Source: Elusimicrobia bacterium GWA2_66_18
GTDB taxonomy: Bacteria; Elusimicrobiota; Elusimicrobia; UBA1565; UBA9628
Assembly (NCBI GenBank): GCA_001799675.1
Contig: MGTX01000001.1
Location: 1,602-65,601 of the forward strand
DNA length: 64,000 nt
Direction: 5' to 3'
In this document: in pieces, positions 1 through 8,828 of the stretch
How the letters are laid out: every line of letters starts with the position of its first letter
Position numbering within the stretch: the stretch's first letter is position 1
Notes under the pieces: generated by a model
What the model was told of the DNA's origin: nothing
Seen by the model: only the letters and a program-made list of their open reading frames with translations
The model's database searches: none
Made by a program: the position numbers and the translations under genes

Positions 1-746
1 AGAAGGGCAAGACCTACCGTTACTACAAGTGCCTGGCGCAGAGAAACGGGATCTCCGCGCGGTGCTCGTTCGGGAGCGTCAACGCCGATAAGGTCGAGGA
101 ATACTTGATCGAGAAATTGGCGGCGGTGGGTTGGGACCGGGCGTTTTTGGAGAGGGTGACCCGTAAGGCCGATGTTCTTTCCAAGGCCTCGATCCGGCCG
201 CTCGAAAAGGAGAAGCGTGAGGTTGATGACCGGCTCCAGGGCGTTCTGCGGGAAATTCAGGGGCTCTTAAATCTGGCCAAGCAGGGCGGGGCGTCGCGTA
301 ATGCCGCCGAGGAAGTCGGCCGATTGGAAGAGACGAAGCGAACGCTCGAGGCCCACTCGGTCCAACTGGAGGCGCAGCTGGCCTTCAGGAAGCGCGTGGT
401 TTACGACGTTGATGTCGTGCAGGGGGCGCTACAGCGCTTCGCCCGATTCTTCAACAGGATTCCGCTATCGCTACAGGTTCAGATTATCGGGCTGCTGATT
501 CGGGAAGTGATGGTCCGCAAGGACGGGATCGATGTGAAGACGCACGAAATCGCCATCTCCGATTTCCAGCGGGCCCTCGGAGGAAAAAAAGCGGTCGCAT
601 TTGGCCCCCATCAGACATTAAGACGGCGGGAGGCAAATGCGACCGATACTTCAACCCATCCGCAGCCTGTCAAGGGAACAGCGGTGGTTAATTTGCGGCT
701 AAACTGGCGGGGCCGACGGGATTTGAACCCGCGATCTCCGCCTTGA
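1..746 (+). CDS. Large serine recombinase, C-terminal part (5' end lies outside the window; true stop uncertain)
   Basis: In-frame translation from window start gives KGKTYRYYKC...ISARCSF (zinc-ribbon-like region of large serine recombinases), then a coiled-coil and C-terminal tail. The ORF-track start at 105 is a TTG. The 3' end runs into the minus-strand tRNA-Asp. A poly-A run near 590 may hide a frameshift. Confidence 0.6.
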   Translation, partial: KGKTYRYYKCLAQRNGISARCSFGSVNADKVEEYLIEKLAAVGWDRAFLERVTRKADVLSKASIRPLEKEKREVDDRLQGVLREIQGLLNLAKQGGASRNAAEEVGRLEETKRTLEAHSVQLEAQLAFRKRVVYDVDVVQGALQRFARFFNRIPLSLQVQIIGLLIREVMVRKDGIDVKTHEIAISDFQRALGGKKAVAFGPHQTLRRREANATDTSTHPQPVKGTAVVNLRLNWRGRRDLNPRSPP

Positions 747-782
747 CAGGGCGGCGTGTTGGGCCAGCTACACCACGACCCC
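705..782 (-). tRNA. tRNA-Asp (anticodon GTC)
   Basis: The reverse complement folds as a cloverleaf: acceptor GGGGTCG/CGGCCCC, anticodon stem CCGCC/GGCGG with loop CTGTCAA (GTC), T-arm GCGGG-TTCAAAT-CCCGT, CCA encoded. Confidence 0.85.
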
Positions 783-1321
783 AGCCATGTTGAGTATATC
801 ACATTGTCGCGGGAATTTTCTTTCCGCCGATTCAACGGGTGCACCCACTGAAAGTGGCGCGCCTGACCGGGCTTGGCCTGCTTGCTTGATATAGCGCGGT
901 GGGTGGTGGCGGGGATTGGATCGCTCCGGGTGCGAGCGGCACCATAGGCGCCAGGCGAGCAGAGGAGTTCAATAATTTTTTTCACCATTCGCAATGTGTT
1001 TCCCTGGGAGGTGACGGTGGGATTTGAACTCCGGCACATTGAAATCGGTGGTTTTTTGCCGGCAGGAGGAGATAGCCTCAGTTACCACCAACTCGCCGTT
1101 GGTGATGCGTCCCCAAGTGAGAAACCAGTTCAGTGAAAAAGCAGGGAAAAGATATGCTTTTTCTGGCGCTGGAACAGGTTCGGGGAACTGGGCGGTGGTT
1201 TTGTGCCACTGTTGTTCCAGCCAGTTTATCGATAATTCTGCTACCACTGTTCGCTGACCGTGTTTCCCCCGGTTCCGGACAGTGGTCTTTTTTTGACTCC
1301 TCGGGCACTTTACGAATCGCT

Positions 1322-1903
1322 TTACGTTGACTTTACGCATTCTTCCCTCCCTAGTGTCTGCGCCAGAAGCTCCTTCAATCCCGTGACGGATAGCTCGTTG
1401 AAGTCCAGCTCCACTCGGTCTTTCCACCCGCGAATCCGACGGAGCACCCGAACAACCTTCATCCGCTGCTCCAAAGGCAGGCGCTTGGCGATTCGGCCGA
1501 TCCGCCTGAATACTTTTTGGGCCGAGTCCACGTCATAGCCAGCGTTCTCCAGGCGCCTGATTTCTTCCTCCAGCTTCGTCGTGTGGGACGAGAGCTTCCG
1601 CTCGATCAACTCCAGCCTGCGAATCTCCTCTTCAAGCGCTGCCGCCTTGCAACCTTCCCAGGCTTTCCGGAGATTGCCGAGCTCTTTTTGCGTTTTTGCT
1701 AGGTTTAGATCGAATTATTTTTTCTCCCCGACAAGACCGGCGATATTTCCTCTTGAATGCTTTTCCGTCTCCAGGACAAGACGCTCCAGGAAAGATTTAT
1801 CCCAACCGATCTTTTCCAGTTTTTGGAGAACCATCTCCTCGAGCGGTTCGGCCACGATACTGACGAAGTCGCAGGAAACGGCCGCCCCGTCGACCATGGA
1901 CAT
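1322..1903 (-). pseudogene. Serine recombinase remnant (C-terminal fragment split into two ORFs, catalytic N-domain absent)
   Basis: ORF 1715-1903 (..IGWDKSFLERLVLETEK..) and ORF 1322-1609 (..YDVDSAQKVFRRIGRIAKRLPLEQRMKVVRVLRRI..) are collinear with the C-terminal region of the plus-strand recombinase at the window start (VGWDRAFLERV.., ..DVDVVQGALQRFARFFNRIPLSLQVQIIGLLIREV). They are interrupted by stops, and there is no room for the N-terminal catalytic domain before tRNA-Val. Confidence 0.5.
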
Positions 1904-2132
1904 GCATCGGCGCGCTCGTGCCGGGCCTACTCGGCCATGAGCTCTTGCGCTTTATTGAAGGCGTCGAACTCGATGATAGGCTGATGCTGCCCCGGATACA
2001 CAGGATCGTGTTATAATGGGCCAAGGAGAATTCTCTATCGTAAAATATGGTCTAAGAAACTTCATTCTACAACTGGCGAAGGATTCCCTGTCGTTTTTTC
2101 CCGGACAGAAGTGATTTGATATCATAACAAAC

Positions 2133-2204
2133 GGGCCGTTAGCTCAGCGGTAGAGCGCCCGCCTTACACGCGGGATGCCGCAGGTTCGATCCCTGCACGG
2201 CCCA
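2133..2204 (+). tRNA. tRNA-Val (anticodon TAC)
   Basis: Acceptor GGGCCGT/ACGGCCC, anticodon stem CCCGC/GCGGG with loop CTTACAC, T-arm GCAGG-TTCGATC-CCTGC. CCA is not encoded. Confidence 0.85.
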
Positions 2205-2212
2205 CGCTTTTC

Positions 2213-4408
2213 ATGGCCTTCGAACAGTATCCAGCCGCGCGGCCGCTCGCCCCGGATGTTTGGGGAGGCATGGCCGCTGCCCTGGTGGCCATTCCTTCCG
2301 CAGTCGCCTTCGGCGTGGCCATACTCTCGCCGCTTGGGCCCGAGGCCGCGGCGCGCGGCGCCGCGGCGGGCCTGGCGGGCGCCGCGGCCCTGGGCCTCAT
2401 CACGCCGCTGACGCGCGGTAATCCCATCCTGATCTCGGCGCCGAGTGCCCCCGCCGCGGCGGTCATGGGCGCGCTCGCCGCTGAGTTGGCGGCGGCCGGC
2501 GACGCCGCGGGCCCGGGGAGGTTGTTTCTCGTGGCCCTCATCGCCGGGGTCCTCCAGATCCTCTTCGCGCTCTCGCGGGGAGGGCGGCTCATGAAGTACA
2601 TCCCTTATCCCGTGGTGAGCGGCTACCTCACGGGCGTGGGTGGTCTCATCCTGCTTAAGCAGTTGCCGTCCTTCCTGGGGCTGCCTCAGGGCTCGCGCCT
2701 GGTCCAAGTGTTGGAGCCTTCCCTGTGGCGCGCCGAGGCGCTGGGCGTCGGGTTCACGGCGGTCCTAGGCATGGCCCTCGCCCCGCGCCTGACGAAGCGC
2801 GTACCGGCTACCGTGGCGGGACTGACCGCGGGGATTCTCGCACACGTCCTCTTCGGCCTGCGGCGGCCGGAGATTTTGCAGGTCTGCGGCAACCCGCTCG
2901 TGGTCGGGGCCTTCACGGGGGCTCCGCTCCTGTCCGGCGCCGTGGAGCTCCTGCGGCAGGCCCTCTCGTTCGGGGCCGCGGACTGGAGTGCTGCGGCCAC
3001 GCCCGCTGCGACGCTCGCGATGCTCCTCTCCGTGGACGCGCTCAAGACCTGCGTCGTGACCGACGCGATGACCGGCTCGCGCCACGACGCAGATCGCGTC
3101 CTTGCGGGGCAGGGGGTAGGGAACCTCGTCACGGCCTTCCTGGGAGGCGTGCCCGGCTCGGGAACCATGGGGCCGACTTTGGTCAACGTCACGAGCGGCG
3201 GGACCACGCTTCGTTCGTCCTTGGCTGCGGGCGTCTTCGCCGCCGCGGCGCTTGTGGCCGGCCCCTGGTTTTTGCCGCGACTGCCGCTGGCCGCCCTCTC
3301 CGGCTTGATGGTCGTGGTCGCGGCCCGGATGGTGGACTGGGAGAGCCTGAGCCTCCTGCGCCGGGAGACCACGCGCTTCGATTTCGCGGTGGTCGCGGCG
3401 GTGGTCGTGACGGCCATGGGCATCGGGCTCGTCCAGGCGGCGGGCGTCGGCGTCGGCCTCTCCATACTCCTCTTCTTACGCGAGCAGACGCAGGGGGCGG
3501 TGGTGAGGCGCCTGGGCAACATCGCGCGGTGGCGTTCCAAGCAGGTCCGTCCGCCCGAGGAGAGCGCGGTCCTGGAGGCCGAGGGCGATAAGGTCGTGGT
3601 CGCGGAACTGCAGGGGCCACTCTTCTTTGGCACGGCCGACCAGTTCCTGCGCGAGTTGGAGAGTTGCCTGGCCCACGCCCGCTGGGCCGTGCTCGACTTG
3701 AGCCGCGTGCGCTCCGTGGACTTCACTGCGGCGCATCTCCTCGAGCGCGTGGCCCGCACCCTCGCCGCGCGCGGGGGACGCCTGGTTCTCTGCCGCGTGC
3801 CCGCGGCCTCGCCGACCGGTCAGGACCTCTCGCGCTACCTACGTCATCTGGGCCTGACGGCTGAGGGAGGCTCAGCCCTGATGATGGGCTCCCACGACGA
3901 GGGGCTGGAGTGGGCCGAGGAGCGCCTCCTCGAGGGCCGCCGGACTTCCCGCGCCCCGGACCGCCCCCTAGAGCTCGCCGAGTTTCCGCTCCTGCGCCGG
4001 CGCTCCGCGGACACGCTGGCCGCGCTCACGGCGGCTACCCGGGAGGTCAAGATCCCGGAGGACGGCAGCGTGTTCCGTGCCGGAGACGGGGGAGACGATC
4101 TCTTTCTCGTGCGCCGCGGGCAGGTGCGCGTGGTCCTGCCTCTGGCGGGCCAGGCTGGCCACCACCTGGCGACCTTCGGCCCGGGCGAATCCTTCGGGGA
4201 GGTCGCGTTCCTCGACGGGGGCGTGCGCACGGCCGACGCCGTGGCGCGCGGGGAATGCGAGCTCTACGCCGTTTCCCGCGCGCGCTTTGAGGAGGCGGCC
4301 GACATCCACCCCAAGCTGGCGCGTCAGGTTTTCAGCGACTTGGCGCGCCAGTTGGCCCTGAGGTTGAGGCAGGCCGACGCGGATCTGGGCGCTCTGAAGG
4401 AAAGCTAA
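2213..4408 (+). CDS. SulP-family anion transporter with C-terminal STAS and cyclic-nucleotide-binding (CAP_ED) domains
   Basis: The multi-TM N-terminal region has SulP hallmarks (..YIPYPVVSGYLTGVGGLILLKQLP..). A STAS-like region follows, then a CNB motif FGEVAFLDGGVRTADAVA. The gene starts 8 nt after tRNA-Val. Confidence 0.75.
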   Translation: MAFEQYPAARPLAPDVWGGMAAALVAIPSAVAFGVAILSPLGPEAAARGAAAGLAGAAALGLITPLTRGNPILISAPSAPAAAVMGALAAELAAAGDAAGPGRLFLVALIAGVLQILFALSRGGRLMKYIPYPVVSGYLTGVGGLILLKQLPSFLGLPQGSRLVQVLEPSLWRAEALGVGFTAVLGMALAPRLTKRVPATVAGLTAGILAHVLFGLRRPEILQVCGNPLVVGAFTGAPLLSGAVELLRQALSFGAADWSAAATPAATLAMLLSVDALKTCVVTDAMTGSRHDADRVLAGQGVGNLVTAFLGGVPGSGTMGPTLVNVTSGGTTLRSSLAAGVFAAAALVAGPWFLPRLPLAALSGLMVVVAARMVDWESLSLLRRETTRFDFAVVAAVVVTAMGIGLVQAAGVGVGLSILLFLREQTQGAVVRRLGNIARWRSKQVRPPEESAVLEAEGDKVVVAELQGPLFFGTADQFLRELESCLAHARWAVLDLSRVRSVDFTAAHLLERVARTLAARGGRLVLCRVPAASPTGQDLSRYLRHLGLTAEGGSALMMGSHDEGLEWAEERLLEGRRTSRAPDRPLELAEFPLLRRRSADTLAALTAATREVKIPEDGSVFRAGDGGDDLFLVRRGQVRVVLPLAGQAGHHLATFGPGESFGEVAFLDGGVRTADAVARGECELYAVSRARFEEAADIHPKLARQVFSDLARQLALRLRQADADLGALKES

Positions 4409-4438
4409 GGACGGAGGATCGAGGGGGCCGCAGCGACG

Positions 4439-4693
4439 CTACTGACCCTCGGGCTTGGCAGGGGGCGGGAGGGTCTTGCTGAGTGCCTCGAGGCGGGCTT
4501 TGGTTTCCTCCAGGTTCTTCTCGACGGAGGCGAGGAACTTCTTGGCGTAATGGCCCTGGATGTCGTCGGGCTGGTAGTAGGGGATCTCGAACTTCAGGCT
4601 CTCGCGCGTCTGTTCGAGACCCGCGACGAGGCGTTCGAGATACTCGGCCCGTTTGGCCGGATCCTGAGGCTCCATAAAATGATTATTCCACAT
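4439..4693 (-). CDS. Hypothetical small protein (the ORF-track N-terminus is IS-derived; a real start is probably an internal Met)
   Basis: The ORF 4439-4873 crosses the left IS boundary at 4721. Only the part outside the IS (..MWNNHFMEPQDPAKRAEYLERL..KTLPPPAKPEGQ) can be native. No recognisable family. Confidence 0.25.
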   Translation of the reverse strand: MWNNHFMEPQDPAKRAEYLERLVAGLEQTRESLKFEIPYYQPDDIQGHYAKKFLASVEKNLEETKARLEALSKTLPPPAKPEGQ

Positions 4694-4720
4694 CCAGGCG
4701 ATAACGTCAATCGACCAGGG

Positions 4721-6356
4721 CCCCCCCAATCCTCGGACAAGCCGTCCCGCTAAAAAATAAAATACCTCGCGTCCCGTCGGCAGGGAACCATCGGTGAAAA
4801 GCGTCAACTTTTCACCCGCGAGGTGAAAACATGATAGCGCAGCTTGGGTGCGGCTGGAAAGTCGAAAAAACAACCGAGAAGATGACGTCGTTCGCCGGCC
4901 TTCTGCTGCTGACGGAACTAGCCCACCGAAGCAAACTGATCCGAGGCCTGGACGCCGTGCCTGGGATATGGGAGCGCCAGGGAAAATATCGAACTTCGGA
5001 TTACGTGATGAGTCTGGCGTTGACGCTGATCGCTGGAGGCGAGAGCTTAGAGGACACGCGCCTTTTGCGCGAAGATGGCGGGCTGCAAGGCTGGCTGTGG
5101 GAAAACCTTTCCGCGCCCAACAGCCTGGGCGATTTCCTCAGGCGTCATGGCCAGCGCACAATCAGTCGCATGGGGCACGTCAACGCACGCCAAGTCCGGC
5201 GCTTGCTGGCCAAACAACGGCACGGCCACCTGACATTGGACATAGATTCCAGCCTTGTCGAAGCCGACAAGAAAGAGGCGCAGAAGACCTATCAGGGATT
5301 TGACGGCTACAATCCCCTGCTGGCCTGGCTCGATGAGCCGAACGTATTTCTATCGGGCGTATTTCGTCCCGGGAACAGTTCGCCGCAGTCGCACCTGAGA
5401 AGCTTGGTGGCGCAATGTCGGCGCCTGCTGCCGCGAGGCGTGAAACTACGTCTAAGGTCGGATAGCGCTGGCTACAACGCCGAGGTGCTCCGTTACTGCG
5501 ACAAGTATGGCATCGAGTTTTCGATCACGGCGGACCTGGACGTGGCGGTGATGGCGAGCATCGAGGCGATCCCCGATGAGAAATGGCAGCTGGTTGTCCG
5601 GGGCGAGGAGAGCTTCCTTTTGGCGGAGACGGTCCACGTCATGGGGCATCGCTCCAAGCACGAGCGCCTCCCTGCCTTTCGTTTGATCGTGACCAAGAAG
5701 CTGAGCGGGCAACTCGAACTATTTAAGGACCCTGTCAAGCACCGGGCGATCATTGCCGAACTACCCGAGAGCATGGGCGCGCTGGAAGTGCTGGATCATC
5801 ACAACGACCGCGGGCGCATGGAGAAGGCGATCGGCGAGCTCAAGGAAGGCTTCGGACTTGAGCGGCTTCCCTGCGGACAGTTGATGGCGAACGCGGCGTT
5901 TTTGCAAGTGTGCCTGATCGCCTACAACTTGGTGCAGACGTTCAAGTGCGTCGCGCTACCGAAGGGTTGGGAGAAGTTCGAAGTCAAGAATTTACGCTTC
6001 AGGTTGCTGTGCCGCGCGGCCAGGCTTGTGCGCCACGCAGGCTACGTCGTCACCAAGCTGCGGGATTTCGCCTTCTTCGATGTGTTCGAGCAAGCGCGCT
6101 GGGCCGTGATGAGTCCGACGCTCGCGCCCGCCTGTGAATAATCGTCCGCGCTAAGAGACGCGCCTGTGGACAGCGGGGACAACTACACCTGGACAGCCTG
6201 GCGTCATCCCGAATAACGTCCGGCCGGGTGTGTCGCAGGCCGACCTTGGCCAATCGGGAGGCCGAGACCCAAGCGGCCGCCCTGGCGGACCGCGTCCCGG
6301 ACGGATGTTATTCGGGATGCCGCCCGGGTTCAGAGCTTAGCCGAGGATTGGGGGGG
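4721..6356 (+). mobile_element. Insertion sequence, IS1380/IS4-like (about 1.64 kb) with perfect 16-bp terminal inverted repeats
   Basis: IRL CCCCCCCAATCCTCGG at 4721-4736 and its exact reverse complement CCGAGGATTGGGGGGG at 6341-6356 bracket a single DDE transposase ORF. No target-site duplication is visible in the flanks. Confidence 0.75.
4831..6141 (+). CDS. DDE transposase (IS1380/IS4-superfamily-like)
   Basis: 436 aa. Lies exactly between the 16-bp IRs. Contains conserved transposase-like blocks (..HLTLDIDSSLVEADKKEAQKTYQGFDGYNPL..). Confidence 0.7.
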   Translation: MIAQLGCGWKVEKTTEKMTSFAGLLLLTELAHRSKLIRGLDAVPGIWERQGKYRTSDYVMSLALTLIAGGESLEDTRLLREDGGLQGWLWENLSAPNSLGDFLRRHGQRTISRMGHVNARQVRRLLAKQRHGHLTLDIDSSLVEADKKEAQKTYQGFDGYNPLLAWLDEPNVFLSGVFRPGNSSPQSHLRSLVAQCRRLLPRGVKLRLRSDSAGYNAEVLRYCDKYGIEFSITADLDVAVMASIEAIPDEKWQLVVRGEESFLLAETVHVMGHRSKHERLPAFRLIVTKKLSGQLELFKDPVKHRAIIAELPESMGALEVLDHHNDRGRMEKAIGELKEGFGLERLPCGQLMANAAFLQVCLIAYNLVQTFKCVALPKGWEKFEVKNLRFRLLCRAARLVRHAGYVVTKLRDFAFFDVFEQARWAVMSPTLAPACE

Positions 6357-6358
6357 TA

Positions 6359-6715
6359 TTAGAGATAAGGGAGGTAATGGATGTCGCGCAGGTCGTAGGT
6401 CGCGCCCAGGTTGGCGGTGCGCTCGGCCTGCTTGAGAGCCTTGCGCAGGACGGAGACCTTCAGGGTCTTGTCGATGCGGATCGTCACAACCGCCAGCCCC
6501 TTGTCGAAGTCCACCGCGGCCTTCTCGACTTCGGGGATCGTCGACCATTGCGCGGAGATCGCGCGGGCGCAGATCGTGGACAGCATTCCCTGGATCTCTA
6601 TGGAATACCGGCCTGGGGGCAGTTTCGCATAGTCTTTGACGTCCGGGGCCGCGCCGACGGGTGCTGCAAGACAGGCGAACAACGCGAGGGCCGTGAGGTT
6701 CATCCCGCCTAGCAT
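6359..6715 (-). CDS. Secreted HMA-like (heavy-metal-associated fold, degenerate GMxxxxC) protein, hypothetical
   Basis: N-terminal signal peptide (MLGGMNLTALALFACLAAPVGAAP). The core ..YSIEIQGMLSTICARAI..VDFDKGLAVVTI.. resembles an HMA ferredoxin-like fold with a single Cys. The stop codon lies 2 nt from the IS right end. Confidence 0.4.
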   Translation of the reverse strand: MLGGMNLTALALFACLAAPVGAAPDVKDYAKLPPGRYSIEIQGMLSTICARAISAQWSTIPEVEKAAVDFDKGLAVVTIRIDKTLKVSVLRKALKQAERTANLGATYDLRDIHYLPYL

Positions 6716-6745
6716 AGCAGGCGCGCTGACTGCCGTCCATAGGAT

Positions 6746-8170
6746 TTGATAGACTCGCCTAATATGGACCTGTTTAGGCGGGCTTCGTGGGTCATGATTG
6801 CCGTCGGCTCCCTGCCGACGGGTCTGGCCGGGTGGTGGATCGGCGGCCGGGCCGGTTCTTCTTCACCCTGGATCCTGGCGACGGTCGCGTTCGCCGCGGT
6901 CGTCTCTTCCTTCGGCGCGGTTCTCCTCGTCTGGCGCTGGTTCGTCACGCCCCTTCGTGAACTCGAACGCGGCCTGGAGCGCTGGACTCGGGGGGACCTC
7001 TCCACGCCTCTTGACGAGTCACTGATGGCGGGGTGGCGGAGGCTGGCGCGGCAGTTCGCCCGCGCCCAGATGGACCTCCAGCGCAGCCTCGATGACGCGA
7101 AGTCCGAGTTGGCCATGGAGCGCGCACGTCTTCAGACGCTCGTCGAGAAGCTTCCGGACGCGCTCATCATGACCAACCTACGCGGCGAGGTGGCCTACTT
7201 TAACGGTCCGGCCATGCCCTTGCTCGGCGTCGGCCCGCAGGACGTACGCCCGGGCGGCCGCGCGTTGTTTATGCCCCTCCAGCCCGACCGCTGGCGCATG
7301 CAATTTCAGGCTCTTCTCAAGAAGCATTCCGGGGGGGAGGTCGTCGAGGTCCGCAGGGGCGAGGGGAGCATGGTTTCCTACCGCACGTCGGTCACCATGT
7401 TCAACGCCGCGTCCTCCGGCGATTTCGGCGTCCTTCTGATGCTCCGCGACGTGACGGCGGAACTTAAGCTTGACGCGTTGAAGGAGGATTTCTTCCAGTC
7501 CGCCGCCCACGACCTGCGGGCTCCTCTCTTCGCCATCCAGGGATATCTCCGGCTTCTGCGCAGATCCTTGACCCTGGACGCACGCCAGATCGCCTGGTTC
7601 GAGGCGGTGGAGCAGTCCTGCGATAAGCTCACCCTCCTCGTCAAGGACTCGCTCGACTCGGCTCGCATCGAGAACGGGCGGCTGAAACTGGCGCCTTCGC
7701 CGCTGGACCCGCGCGCCCTGATCCGGCGTACCGTACACCTCTTCGAACCGATGGCCGACGAACGGGGTGTCGCCCTGGAGTGCGTCCTATCGGAGTCGGC
7801 CCCCGCCTCCTTCGAGGCGGACGAGCGCCTCGTTGAGAGACTCCTCCACAACCTCCTGGCCAACGCCATCAAATTCACGCCCCGCGGGGGGCTGGTGCGC
7901 GTGTCGGCCGCCGGGGGTTCCGGCAGCGTCGAATTTGCGGTCACGGACACCGGTCCGGGCATCCCGGAGCACCTGCGCTCCGCCGTCTTCGAGAAGTTCC
8001 GTCAGTTGGACACCGCGGGTCCGCGCTCGGGCTTCGGCCTGGGGCTTGCCATCTGCGCCAAGATCGTGAAGCTGCACGGGGGGCTTATCTGGGTCGAGCC
8101 CGGTCCGGTCTCGGGCTCTTGCTTCATCGCCCGTCTGCCCCTGTCGCAGTCATCCAAGGAGGTCGTCTGA
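6746..8170 (+). CDS. Sensor histidine kinase (TM, PAS-like, HisKA, HATPase_c)
   Basis: H-box AAHDLRAPLFAIQGYLRLL. ATPase motifs ..LLHNLLANAIKFTPRGG.., ..DTGPGIPEHL.., ..GFGLGLAICAKIV... Confidence 0.85.
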   Translation: MIDSPNMDLFRRASWVMIAVGSLPTGLAGWWIGGRAGSSSPWILATVAFAAVVSSFGAVLLVWRWFVTPLRELERGLERWTRGDLSTPLDESLMAGWRRLARQFARAQMDLQRSLDDAKSELAMERARLQTLVEKLPDALIMTNLRGEVAYFNGPAMPLLGVGPQDVRPGGRALFMPLQPDRWRMQFQALLKKHSGGEVVEVRRGEGSMVSYRTSVTMFNAASSGDFGVLLMLRDVTAELKLDALKEDFFQSAAHDLRAPLFAIQGYLRLLRRSLTLDARQIAWFEAVEQSCDKLTLLVKDSLDSARIENGRLKLAPSPLDPRALIRRTVHLFEPMADERGVALECVLSESAPASFEADERLVERLLHNLLANAIKFTPRGGLVRVSAAGGSGSVEFAVTDTGPGIPEHLRSAVFEKFRQLDTAGPRSGFGLGLAICAKIVKLHGGLIWVEPGPVSGSCFIARLPLSQSSKEVV

Positions 8171-8171
8171 G

Positions 8172-8762
8172 ATGAGAACCGTTCCCGCCGCGCGCTGGCC
8201 CGTCCTCGTTGACTCCTTGCTTCCCGCGAGCCTCGCTGCCGACGCCCTTTCGGTCGTGACGGCGAGTCTGCTCGTCGCCGTGTGCGCCCAGTTCGAGTTC
8301 CGCCTGCCGTTTACTCCCGTACCGATCTCGGGGGGGACGCTGGGGGTCCTGTACGCGGGTGCCTTGCTGGGTTCTCGCCGGGGGGTCTCGGCCGTGGGAC
8401 TTTATCTCTTGGAAGGGGCGGCTGGGCTGCCCGTGTTCTCCGGCGGGGCGGGGGGGGCGCTACACTTCCTCGGACCCACGGGAGGCTACCTCCTGGGCTT
8501 CCCCCTGGGCGCCTTTCTGACGGGCCTCCTGGCGGAGCGGGGCTGGGACCGCACTCCGGCGCGCGCCTTTATCATGATGCTGGCGGGCAGCGTGCCGATC
8601 TTCGCGCTGGGTCTGCTGGGGCTGGCGCGCTTCGTGCCGGGTTCGACGCTCCTCGCTGCGGGTCTCTGGCCCTTCGTGCCGGGAGACTTAGTCAAGGCTG
8701 TGTTCTCCGCGGGCTTGCTGCCGGCTGGACGCCGTCTGCTCGGCTCGCCGCATCGGGGTTGA
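8172..8762 (+). CDS. bioY: Biotin transporter BioY
   Basis: 196 aa polytopic membrane protein with BioY-like ..LPFTPVPISGGTLGVLYAGALLG.. and a Gly-rich core. Starts 1 nt after the HK stop. Confidence 0.7.
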   Translation: MRTVPAARWPVLVDSLLPASLAADALSVVTASLLVAVCAQFEFRLPFTPVPISGGTLGVLYAGALLGSRRGVSAVGLYLLEGAAGLPVFSGGAGGALHFLGPTGGYLLGFPLGAFLTGLLAERGWDRTPARAFIMMLAGSVPIFALGLLGLARFVPGSTLLAAGLWPFVPGDLVKAVFSAGLLPAGRRLLGSPHRG

Positions 8763-8787
8763 CAGATTCGGACAGGTCCGCTACACT
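8759..8787 (+). promoter_or_regulatory. Sigma70-like promoter candidate (TTGACA-N17-TACACT)
   Basis: TTGACA at 8759-8764, 17-nt spacer, TACACT at 8782-8787. Lies 40 nt upstream of the CHASE2 kinase start. The same motif recurs at four other operon starts. Confidence 0.4.
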
Positions 8788-8828
8788 GAGCCCCGTCTTA
8801 CCTCTCTTCCAACAGTCTCTCGTTATTA

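Noticed and set aside
2144-3759. Several minus-strand and alternate-frame ORFs (2144-2707, 2164-2601, 2686-3759, 2725-3591) overlapping tRNA-Val and the SulP gene
   Set aside because: They overlap a tRNA and a transporter gene with clear family motifs. Arg/Pro/Gly-rich artefact translations.
4717-6360. Target-site duplication flanking the IS
   Set aside because: Compared 4-10 nt on each side of the 16-bp IRs (..ACCAGGG | IS | TATTAGAG..). No direct repeat found.
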